Positions 40,331 to 50,077 of a stretch of 64,000 nt of DNA are shown here, one piece after another. Origin of the DNA: Mobula hypostoma (Eukaryota); NCBI RefSeq assembly GCF_963921235.1, contig NC_086109.1, forward strand, positions 558,001-622,000. The letters are read 5' to 3'. A program made the translations under genes and the position numbers. The first letter of the stretch is position 1; each line of letters opens with the position of its first letter. Below the pieces are notes generated by a model that saw only the letters and a list, made by a program, of their open reading frames with translations, was not told where the DNA came from and made no database searches.

Positions 40331-43300
40331 ATTCAGGGCAGGAGTTTCAGGGCAGGAGATTCAGGGCAGGAGATTCAGGGCAGGGGTTTCAGGGCAGGAG
40401 TTTTAAGGCAGGAGTTTCAGGGCAGTGGTTTCAGTGCAGTAGTGTCAGGCCAGGAGCTTTCGACCAGTAGTTTCAGTACATGAGTTTCAGAGCTGGAGTT
40501 TCACGTCAGGAGATTCAGGGCAGATGTGTCAGGTCAGTAGTTTGAAGGCATGAGTTTTAGGGCAGGAGATTCAGGGCTGGAGTTTCAGGGAAGGAGATTC
40601 AGGACAGGAGCTTCAGGGTCGTACTTTAAGGGAAAGAGTTTTCAGGCAGGAGTTTCAGCGCAAGAGATTCAGGGCAGCAGTTTCAGCGCAGGAGTTTCCG
40701 GGCAGCAGTTTCAGGTGGTGGGATTCAAGGCAGGAGTTTCGGGGCATGAGTTGCAGGGCATGTGTTTCAGGTCACAAGATTCAAGGCAGGAGTTTCAGGA
40801 CTATAGTTTCAGAGCAGGAGTTTCACTTCAGGAGATTCAGTGCAGAAGTTTCATGTCAGGTGTTTGAAGGCATGAGTTACAGGGCTCGAGTTTCAGGGCA
40901 GGAGTTTCAGGGCAGGAGATTAAGGGCAGCATTTCAGTTCAGCATTTTCAGGGCAGGAGAATCAGGGCAGCAGTTTCAGGGTAGTTATTATAGAGCTATA
41001 GTTTCAGGGCAGGAGTTTCAGGGCAGCAGTTTCAGGGCATGAGATTCAGGGCAGGAGTTTCAGGTCATGAGATTCAGGGCAGGAGTTTCAAGGCAGGAGT
41101 TTCAGGGCAGGAGATTCAGGGAAGGAGATTCATGGCAGGAGTTTCCGGGCAGGAGTTTCACGGCAGTAGCTTCAGGGCAGGAGATTCAGGGCAGGAGATT
41201 CAGGGCAGAAGTTTCCGAGCTGGAGTTTCTGTGCAGGAGTTTCAGGACTGGAATTTCAGAGAATGAGTTTCAAATCGAAGATTCAGTGTTGAAGTTTCTG
41301 TTCAGGAGTTTGAAGTCATGAGTTTCAGGGCAGGAGATTCAGGGCAGCGGTTTCAGGGCAGGAGATTAAGGGCATGAGATTCAATGGAGGATTTTCAGGG
41401 CAGCAGTTTTACGGCTTGAGTTTCAGGGCTTGACTTTCAGGGTTTGCGTTTCAGGGCTTGAGTTTCAGGGCAGGAGTTTCAGGGAATGAGATTCAGGGCA
41501 TGAGATTCAGTGCAGGAGATTCAGGGCAGGAGATTCAGGGCAGGAGCTTCAGGGCAGGAGATTCAGGGCAGGAGATTCAGGGAAGGAGATTCAGGGCAGG
41601 AGTTTCCGGGCAGGAGTTTCACGGCAGTAGCTTCAGGGCAGGAGATTCAGGGCAGGAGATTCAGGGCAGGAGTTTCCGGGTAGTCGTTTCAGGGCAGCAG
41701 TTTCAGGTCATGAGATTCAAGGCAGGAGTTTGAGGGCATGAGTTTCAGTGCAGGAGTTTCAGGACAGGAGTTACAGGACAGGAGTTTCAGATCATGAGAT
41801 TCATGGCAGGAGTTAAGGGCCGTAGTTTCAGGGCAGGAGTTTCAGGACATGAGTTTCAGAGAAGGAGTTTCACATCAGGAGATTCAGTGTAGAAGTTTCT
41901 TTTCAGGAGTTTGAAGGCATGAGTTGCAGGGCAGGAGATTCAGGGCATGGGATTCAATGGAGGAGTTTCAGGGCAGCAATTTTAGGGCTTGAGTTTCAGG
42001 GCTTGACTTTCAGGGTTTGAGTTTCAGGGCAGGAGTTTCCGGGCAGGAGTTTCAGGGCAGGAGATTCAGGGCAGGAGATTCAGGGCAGGAGTTTCAGGGC
42101 AGGAGATTCAGGGCAGGAGATTCAGGGCAGGGGTTTCAGGGCAGGAGTTTTAAGGCAGGAGTTTCAGGGCAGTGGTTTCAGTGCAGTAGTGTCAGGCCAG
42201 GAGCTTTCGACCAGTAGTTATAGTACATGAGTTTCAGAGCTGGAGTTTCACGTCAGGAGATTCAGGGCAGATGTGTCAGGTCAGTAGTTTGAAGGCATGA
42301 GTTTTAGGGCAGGAGATTCAGGGCTGGAGTTTCAGGGAAGGAGATTCAGGACAGGAGCTTCAGGGTCGTACTTTAAGGGAAAGAGTTTTCAGGCAGGAGT
42401 TTCAGCGCAAGAGATTCAGGGCAGCAGTTTCAGCGCAGGAGTTTCCGGGCAGCAGTTTCAGATGGTGGGATTCAAGGCAGCAGTTTCAGGGCATGAGTTG
42501 CAGGGCATGTGTTTCAGGTCACAAGATTCAAGGCAGGAGTTTCAGGACTATAGTTTCAGAGCAGGAGTTTCACTTCAGGAGATTCAGTGCAGAAGTTTCA
42601 TGTCAGGTGTTTGAAGGCATGAGTTACAGGGCTCGAGATTCAGGGCAGGAGTTTCAGGGCAGGAGATTAAGGGCAGCATTTCAGTTCAGCATTTTCAGGG
42701 CAGGAGAATCAGGGCAGCAGTTTCAGGGTAGTTATTATAGGGCTATAGTTTCAGGGCAGGAGTTTCAGGGCAGCAGTTTCAGGGCATGAGATTCAGGGCA
42801 GGAGTTTCAGGTCATGAGATTCAGGGCAGGAGTTTCAAGGCAGGAGTTTCAGGGCAGGAGATTCAGGGAAGGAGATTCATGGCAGGAGTTTCCGGGCAGG
42901 AGTTTCACGGCAGTAGCTTCAGGGCAGGAGATTCAGGGCAGAAGTTTCCGAGCTGGAGTTTCAGTGCAGGAGTTTCAGGACTGGAGTTTCAGAGAATGAG
43001 TTTCAAATCGGAGATTCAGTGTTGAAGTTTCTGTTCAGGAGTTTGAAGTCATGAGTTTCAGGGCAGGAGATTCAGGGCAGCGGTTTCAGGGCAGGAGATT
43101 AAGGGCATGAAATTCAATGGAGGATTTTCAGGGCAGAAGTTTCAGGGCAGCAGTTTTACGGCTTGAGTTTCAGGGCTTGACTTTCAGGGTTTGCGTTTCA
43201 GGGCTTGAGTTTCAGGGCAGGAGTTTCATGGCATGAGATTCAGGGCATGAGATTCAGTGCAGGAGATTCAGGGCAGGAGATTCAGGGCAGGAGCTTCAGG

Positions 43301-44170
43301 GCAGGAGATTCAGGGCAGGAGATTCAGGGAAGGAGATTCAGGGCAGGAGTTTCCGGGCAGGAGTTTCACGGCAGTAGCTTCAGGGCAGGAGATTCAGGGC
43401 AGGAGATTCAGGGCAGGAATTTCCGGGTAGTCGTTTCAGGGCAGCAGTTTCAGGTCATGAAATTCAAGGCAGGAGTTTGAGGGCATGAGTTTCAGTGCAG
43501 GAGTTTCAGGACAGGAGTTACAGGACAGGAGTTTCAGATCATGAGATTCATGGCAGGAGTTAAGGGCCGTAGTTTCAGGGCAGGAGTTTCAGGACATGCG
43601 TTTCAGAGAAGGAGTTTCAATCTGGAGATTCAGTGTAGAAGTTTCTTTTCAGGAGTTTGAAGGCATGAGTTGCAGGGCAGGAGATTCAGGGCATGGGATT
43701 CAATGGAGGAGTTTCAGGGCAGCAATTTTAGGGCTTGAGTTTCAGGGCTTGACTTTCAGGGTTTGAGTTTCAGGGCAGGAGTTTCCGGGCAGGAGTTTCA
43801 GGGCAGGAGATTCAGGGCAGGAGATTCAGGGCAGGAGTTTCAGGGCAGGAGATTCAGGGCAGGAGATTCAGGGCAGGGGTTTCAGGGCAGGAGTTTTAAG
43901 GCAGGAGTTTCAGGGCAGTGGTTTCAGTGCAGTAGTGTCAGGCCAGGAGCTTTCGACCAGTAGTTATAGTACATGAGTTTCAGAGCTGGAGTTTCACGTC
44001 AGGAGATTCAGGGCAGATGTGTCAGGTCAGTAGTTTGAAGGCATGAGTTTTAGGGCAGGAGATTCAGGGCTGGAGTTTCAGGGAAGGAGATTCAGGACAG
44101 GAGCTTCAGGGTCGTACTTTAAGGGAAAGAGTTTTCAGGCAGGAGTTTCAGCGCAAGAGATTCAGGGCAG
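39330..44170. repeat. 1747-bp higher-order repeat, ~2.8 copies
   Basis: Pseudo-ORF series 39711/41458/43205, 40270/42017/43763 and 40550/42297/44043. Confidence 0.85.
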
Positions 44171-46230
44171 CAGTTTCCCGGCAGCAGTTTCAGGGCAACA
44201 GTTTCAGGGTATGAGATTCAAGGCAGGAGTTCAAGGGCAGGAGTTTCAGGGCATGAGTTTCAGGACAGGAGTTTCAGGCAGGAGTTTCAGGACAGGAGTT
44301 TCATGTCATGAGATTCATGGCCGGACTTAAGGGCTGTAGTTTCCGGGCAGCAGTTTCAGGGCAACAGTTTCAGGGCATGGGATTCAAGGCAGGAGTTTGA
44401 GGGCATGGGTTTCAGGGCATGAGTTTCAGAGCAGCAGTTTCAGGGCAGGAGATTAAGGGCATGAGATTCAATGGAGGATTTTCAGAGCAGAAGTTTCAGA
44501 GCAGCAGTTTTACGGCTTGATTTTCAGGGCTTGACTTTCAGAGTTTGAGTTTCAGGGCATGAGATTCAAGGCAGGAGTTTGAGGGCATGAGTTTCAGGGC
44601 ATGAGTTTCAGTGCAGGAGTTTCAGGACAGGAGTTACAGGACAGGAGTTTCAGATCATGAGATTCATGGCAGGAGTTAAGGGCCGTAGTTTCAGGGCATG
44701 AGTTTCAGGACATGAGTTTCAGAGAAGGAGTTTCACATCAGGTGATTCAGTGTAGAAGTTTCTTATCAGGAGTTTGAAGGCATGAGTTTCAGGGTATGAG
44801 TTTCAGGGCAGCGGTTTCAGGGCAGGAGATTAAGGGCATGAGATTCAAGGCAGGAGTTTGAGGGCATGAGTTTCAGTGCAGGAGTTTCAGGACAGGAGTT
44901 ACAGGACAGGAGTTTCAGATCATGAGATTCATGGCAGGAGTTAAGGGCCGTAGTTTCAGGGCAGGAGTTTCAGGACATGAGTTTCAGAGAAGGAGTTTCA
45001 CATCAGGAGATTCAGTGTAGAAGTTTCTTTTCAGGAGTTTGAAGGCATGAGTTGCAGGGCAGGAGATTCAGGGCATGGGATTCAATGGAGGAGTTTCAGG
45101 GCAGCAATTTTAGGGCTTGAGTTTCAGGGCTTGACTTTCAGGGTTTGAGTTTCAGGGCAGGAGTTTCCGGGCAGGAGTTTCAGGGCAGGAGATTCAGGGC
45201 AGGAGATTCAGGGCAGGAGTTTCAGGGCAGGAGATTCAGGGCAGGAGATTCAGGGCAGGGGTTTCAGGGCAGGAGTTTTAAGGCAGGAGTTTCAGGGCAG
45301 TGGTTTCAGTGCAGTAGTGTCAGGCCAGGAGCTTTCGACCAGTAGTTATAGTACATGAGTTTCAGAGCTGGAGTTTCACGTCAGGAGATTCAGGGCAGAT
45401 GTGTCAGGTCAGTAGTTTGAAGGCATGAGTTTTAGGGCAGGAGATTCAGGGCTGGAGTTTCAGGGAAGGAGATTCAGGACAGGAGCTTCAGGGTCGTACT
45501 TTAAGGGAAAGAGTTTTCAGGCAGGAGTTTCAGCGCAAGAGATTCAGGGCAGCAGTTTCCCGGCAGCAGTTTCAGGGCAACAGTTTCAGGGTATGAGATT
45601 CAAGGCAGGAGTTCAAGGGCAGGAGTTTCAGGGCATGAGTTTCAGGACAGGAGTTTCAGGCAGGAGTTTCAGGACAGGAGTTTCATGTCATGAGATTCAT
45701 GGCCGGACTTAAGGGCTGTAGTTTCCGGGCAGCAGTTTCAGGGCAACAGTTTCAGGGCATGGGATTCAAGGCAGGAGTTTGAGGGCATGGGTTTCAGGGC
45801 ATGAGTTTCAGAGCAGCAGTTTCAGGGCAGGAGATTAAGGGCATGAGATTCAATGGAGGATTTTCAGAGCAGAAGTTTCAGAGCAGCAGTTTTACGGCTT
45901 GAGTTTCAGGGCTTGACTTTCAGAGTTTGAGTTTCAGGGCATGAGATTCAAGGCAGGAGTTTGAGGGCATGAGTTTCAGGGCATGAGTTTCAGTGCAGGA
46001 GTTTCAGGACAGGAGTTACAGGACAGGAGTTTCAGATCATGAGATTCATGGCAGGAGTTAAGGGCCGTAGTTTCAGGGCATGAGTTTCAGGACATGAGTT
46101 TCAGAGAAGGAGTTTCACATCAGGTGATTCAGTGTAGAAGTTTCTTATCAGGAGTTTGAAGGCATGAATTTCAGGGTATGAGTTTCAGGGCAGCGGTTTC
46201 AGGGCAGGAGATTAAGGGCATGAGATTCAA
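43460..46230. repeat. 1382-bp tandem duplication
   Basis: Pairs 43763/45145 and 44043/45425. Private variant CAGGTGATTCAGTGTAGAAGTTTCTTATCAGG near 44739 and 46121. Confidence 0.85.
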
Positions 46231-46955
46231 TGGAGGATTTTCAGGGCAGAAGTTTCAGGGCAGCTGTTTTACGGCTTGAGTTTCAGGGCTTGACTTTCAG
46301 GGTTTGAGTTTCAGGGCTTGAGTTTCAGGGGCAGGAGTTTCAGGGCAGGAGATTCAGGGCATGAGATTCAGGGCAGGAGATTCAGGGCAGGAGATTCAGG
46401 GCAGGAGTTTCAGGGCAGGAGATTCAGGGCAGGAGATTCAGGGAAGGAGATTCAGGGCAGGAGATTCAGTGCAGGATTTCACGGCAGTAGCTTCAGGGCA
46501 GGAGATTCAGGGCAGGAGATTCAGGGCATGAGATTCAGGGCAGGAGTTTCGGGGCCGTGGTTTCAGTGCAGTAGTTTCAGGCCAGGAGCTTTCGGCCTGT
46601 ATTTTCAGGACATGAGTTTCAGAGAAGGAGTTTCACGTCAGGAGATTCAGGGTAGAAAGTTCACGTCAGCACTTTGAAGGAATGAGTTTCAGGGCAGGAG
46701 ATTCATGTCAAGAGTTTCAAGGCAGGAGATTAAGGGCAGCAGTTTCAGGGCTGTAGTTTCAGTGCAGAAGTTTCAGGCCATGAGTTTCAGAGCAGGAGTT
46801 TCACTTCAGGAGATACAGTGCAGAAGTTTCATGTCAGGAGTTTGAAGGCATGAGTTACAGGGCTGGAGATTCAGGGCAGGAGATTCAGGGCAGGAGATTA
46901 AGGGCAGCATTTCAGTTCAGCATTTTCAGGGTAGGAGAATCAGTGCAGGAGTTTC

Positions 46956-46962
46956 AGGTTAG
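46956..46962 (+). repeat. Target-site duplication, left copy AGGTTAG
   Basis: ...GAGTTTC[AGGTTAG]AAACATAG. Uninterrupted paralogous sites read GAGTTTCAGGTTAGTTATTATAGGGC. Confidence 0.9.
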
Positions 46963-46982
46963 AAACATAGAAACATAGAAAA
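46960..46982 (-). repeat. CR1 3' terminal octamer microsatellite (TTTCTATG)n
   Basis: The + strand reads TAGAAACA TAGAAACA TAGAAAA. This 8-bp tail replaces poly(A) and is comparable to the ATTCTRTG tail of avian CR1. Confidence 0.9.
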
Positions 46983-46984
46983 TA

Positions 46985-47051
46985 GGTGCAGGAGTAGGCC
47001 ATTCGGCCCTTCGATCCTGCACCGCCATTTATTATGATCATGGCTGATCAT
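46985..47051 (-). promoter_or_regulatory. LINE 3'UTR stem-loops (putative ORF2p recognition signal)
   Basis: Inverted repeat GGTGCAGGA (46985-46993) / TCCTGCACC (47015-47023) encloses GGCC-ATTC-GGCC (46997-47008). A second hairpin is ATGATCA-TGGC-TGATCAT (47034-47051). Confidence 0.75.
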
Positions 47052-47056
47052 CCAAC

Positions 47057-50000
47057 TCAGAACCCTGCACCAGCCTTCCCTCCATACCCCCTGACCCCTG
47101 TAGCCACAAGGGCCATATCTAACTCCCTCTTAAATATAGCCAATGAACTGGCCTCAACAGTTTGCTGTGGCAGAGAATTCCACAGATTCACCACCCTCTG
47201 TGTGAAGAAGTTTTTCCTAATCTCGGTCCTAAAAGGCTTCCCCTCTATCCTCAAACTGTGACCCCTCTTTCTGGACCTCCCCAACATCGGGAACAATCTT
47301 CCCGCATCTAGCCTGTCCAATCCCTTTAGGATCTTATACGTTTCAATCAGATCCCCCCTCAATCTTCTAAATTCCAACGAGTACAAGCCCAGTTCATCCA
47401 GTCTTTCTTCATATGAAAGACCTGCCATCCCAGGAATCAATCTGGTGAACCTTCTTTGTACTCCCTCTATGGCAAAGATGTCTTTCCTCAGATTAGGGGA
47501 CCAAAACTGCACACAATACTCCAGGTGTGGTCTCACCAAGGCCTTGTACAACTGCAGTAGTACCTCCCTGCTCCTGTACTCGAATCCTCTCGCTATAAAT
47601 GCCAGCATACCGTTCGCCTTTTTCACCGCCTGCTGTACCTGCATGCCCACTTTCAATGACTGGTGTATAATGACACCCAGGTCCCGTTGCACCTCCCCTT
47701 TTCCTAATCGGCCACCATTCAGATAGTAATCTGTTTTCCTATTTTTGCCACCAAAGTGGATAACTTCACATTTATCCACATTAAATTGCATCTGCCATGA
47801 GTTTGCCCACTCACCCAACCTATCCAAGTCACCCTGCATCCTCTTAGCATCCTCCTCACTGCTAACACTGCCACCCAGCTTCGTGTCATCCGCAAACTTG
47901 GAGATGCTGCATTTAATTCCCTCATCCAAGTCATTAATATATATTGTAAACAACTGGGGTCCCAGCACTGAGCCTTGCGGTACCCCACTAGTCACCGCCT
48001 GCCATTCTGAAAAGGTCCCGTTTATTTCCACTCTTTGCTTCCTGTCTGCTAACCAATTCTCCACCCACACCAATACCTTACCCCCAATACCGTGTGCTTT
48101 AAGTTTGCACACTAATCTCCTGTGTGGGACCTTGTCAAAAGCCTTTTGAAAATCCAAATATACCACATCCACTGGTTCTCCCCTATCCACTCTACTAGTT
48201 ACATCCTCAAAAAATTCTATGAGATTCGTCAGACATGATTTTCCTTTCACAAATCCATGCTGACTTTGTCCGATCATTTCACCGCTTTCCAAATGTGCTG
48301 TTATCACATCCTTGATAACTGACTCCAGCAGTTTCCCCACCACCGACGTTAGGCTAACCGGTCTATAATTCCCTGGTTTCTCTCTCCCTCCTTTTTTAAA
48401 AAGTGGGGTTACATTAGCCACCCTCCAATCCTCAGGAACTAGTCCAGAATCTAACGAGTTTTGAAAAATTATCACTAATGCATCCACTATTTCTTGGGCT
48501 ACTTCCTTAAGCACTCTGGGATGCAGACCATCTGGCCCTGGGGATTTATCTGCCTTCAATCCCTTCAATTTACCTAACACCACTTCCCTACTAACATGTA
48601 TTTCACTCAGTTCCCCCATCTCACTGGACCCTCTGTCCCTTACTATTTCTGGAAGATTATTTATGTCCTCCTTAGTGAAGACAGAACCAAAGTAATTATT
48701 CAATTGGTCTGCCATGTCCTTGCTCCCCATAATCAATTCACCTGTTTCTGTCTGCAGGGGACCTACATTTGTCTTTATCAGTCTTTTCCTTTTTACATAT
48801 CTATAAAAGCTTTTACAGTCCGTTTTTATGTTCTCTGCCAGTTTTCTCTCATAATCTTTTTTCCCCTTCCTAATTAAGCCCTTTGTCCTCCTCTGCTGAA
48901 CTCTGAATTTCTCCCAGTCCTCAGGTGAGCCACTTTCTCTGGCTAATTTGTATGCTACTTCTTTGGAATTGATACTATCCCTAATTTCTCTTGTCAGCCA
49001 CGGGTGCACTATCTTCCTTGATTTATTCTTTTGCCAAACTGGGATGAACAATTGTTGTAGTTCATCCATGCAACCTTTAAATACTAGCCATTGCATATCC
49101 ACCGTCAATCCTTTAAGTGTCATTTGCCAGTCTATCTTAGCTAATTCACTTCTCATACCTTCAAAGTTACCCCTCTTTAAGTTCAGAACCTTTGTTTCTG
49201 AATTAACTATGTCACTCTCCATGTTGATGAAGAATTCCACCATATTATGGTCACTCTTACCCAAGGGGCCTCTCACGACAAGATCGCTAATTAACCCTTC
49301 CTCATTGCTCAAAACCCAGTCCAGAATAGCCTGCTCTCTAGTTGGTTCCTCGACATGTTGGTTCAAAAAACCATCCCGCATACATTCCAAGAAATCCTCT
49401 TCCTCAGCACCTTTACCAATTTGGTTCACCCAGTCTACATGTAGATTGAAGTCACCCATTATAACTGCTGTTCCTTTATTGCACACATTTCTAATTTCCT
49501 GTTTAATACCATCTCCGACCTCACTACTACTGTTAGGTGGCCTGTACACAACTCCCACCAGCGCCTTCTGCCCCTTAGTGTTACGCAGCTCTACCCATAT
49601 CGATTCCACATCTTCCCGGCTTATGTCCTTCCTTTCTATTGCGTTAATCTCTTTTTTAACCAGCAACGCCACCCCACCTCCCCTTCCTTCATGTCTATCC
49701 CTCCTGAATATTGAATATCCCTGAACGTTGAGCTCCCATCCCTGGTCACCCTGGAGCCATGTCTCTGTGATCCCAACTATATCATAATCATTAATAACAA
49801 TCTGCACTTTCAATTCATCCACCTTATTACGAATGCTCCTTGCATTGACACATAAAGCCTTCAGGCGCTCTTTTACAACTCTCTTAGCCCTTTTTAATGC
49901 TTGCCCTGGATTTGTCGGCCTGCCACTTTTACTTTTCTCCTTTGTACTTTTTGCTTCTATGCTCACTTTACACCCCTCTGTCTCTCTGCACTGGTTCCCA

Positions 50001-50062
50001 TCCCTCTGTTCTGAACTAACCTCCTCACGCCTAGCCTCTTTAATTTGATTCCCACCCCCCAA
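47057..50062 (-). CDS. LINE ORF2p: APE-like endonuclease + reverse transcriptase (1001 codons from a TTG; frame open from 50083)
   Basis: EN motifs CVNARSI, GITETW, GGGVAL, YRPP, MGDFN, LDWV, SDH (residues ~67-278). RT motifs KSPGPDG, YRPVSL, QHGF, LDFQKAFD, GVPQGSVLGP, FADD (F723 at 47896), RDLGV. CR1-type C-terminus RGHSLRI...FFTQRVVNLWNSLP. No internal stop; TGA at 47057-47059. The true start is uncertain because the first ATG is at 49459. Confidence 0.96.
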   Translation of the reverse strand: MGGGNQIKEARREEVSSEQRDGNQCRETEGCKVSIEAKSTKEKSKSGRPTNPGQALKRAKRVVKERLKALCVNARSIRNKVDELKVQIVINDYDIVGITETWLQGDQGWELNVQGYSIFRRDRHEGRGGGVALLVKKEINAIERKDISREDVESIWVELRNTKGQKALVGVVYRPPNSSSEVGDGIKQEIRNVCNKGTAVIMGDFNLHVDWVNQIGKGAEEEDFLECMRDGFLNQHVEEPTREQAILDWVLSNEEGLISDLVVRGPLGKSDHNMVEFFINMESDIVNSETKVLNLKRGNFEGMRSELAKIDWQMTLKGLTVDMQWLVFKGCMDELQQLFIPVWQKNKSRKIVHPWLTREIRDSINSKEVAYKLARESGSPEDWEKFRVQQRRTKGLIRKGKKDYERKLAENIKTDCKSFYRYVKRKRLIKTNVGPLQTETGELIMGSKDMADQLNNYFGSVFTKEDINNLPEIVRDRGSSEMGELSEIHVSREVVLGKLKGLKADKSPGPDGLHPRVLKEVAQEIVDALVIIFQNSLDSGLVPEDWRVANVTPLFKKGGREKPGNYRPVSLTSVVGKLLESVIKDVITAHLESGEMIGQSQHGFVKGKSCLTNLIEFFEDVTSRVDRGEPVDVVYLDFQKAFDKVPHRRLVCKLKAHGIGGKVLVWVENWLADRKQRVEINGTFSEWQAVTSGVPQGSVLGPQLFTIYINDLDEGIKCSISKFADDTKLGGSVSSEEDAKRMQGDLDRLGEWANSWQMQFNVDKCEVIHFGGKNRKTDYYLNGGRLGKGEVQRDLGVIIHQSLKVGMQVQQAVKKANGMLAFIARGFEYRSREVLLQLYKALVRPHLEYCVQFWSPNLRKDIFAIEGVQRRFTRLIPGMAGLSYEERLDELGLYSLEFRRLRGDLIETYKILKGLDRLDAGRLFPMLGRSRKRGHSLRIEGKPFRTEIRKNFFTQRVVNLWNSLPQQTVEASSLAIFKRELDMALVATGVRGYGGKAGAGF

Positions 50063-50077
50063 CCATTCTAGTTTAAA
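50051..50077 (-). promoter_or_regulatory. Candidate -1 ribosomal frameshift signal: U UUA AAC heptamer + stop + G-tract
   Basis: Minus strand ACT TTA AAC TAG AAT GGTTGGGGGGTGGG. The heptamer (50077-50071) is in X XXY YYZ phase with ORF1, and the -1 frame is ORF2. Confidence 0.55.

Larger units (their letters stand above)
1..46962. repeat. 14-bp satellite array, left arm (CAGGGCA[G/T]GAG[T/A]TT)n with higher-order structure
   Basis: Continuous head-to-tail monomers such as cagggcaggagttt and cagggcatgagatt, all in one orientation, running off the left window edge. Diagnostic variants recur at multiples of 14 (e.g. GGGTACGAG at 1411, 1929, 3427, 3931). Confidence 0.99.

Noticed and set aside
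1..46955. Complete absence of minus-strand ORFs in the satellite
   Set aside because: Trivial: the reverse complement has CTGAA in nearly every monomer, giving a stop in each frame every 42 bp.
50014..50022. AACTAACCT inside the LINE is the reverse complement of the target AGGTTAGTT
   Set aside because: A post-hoc 9-nt match about 0.7 kb from the junction; no mechanistic role is needed and chance is plausible.
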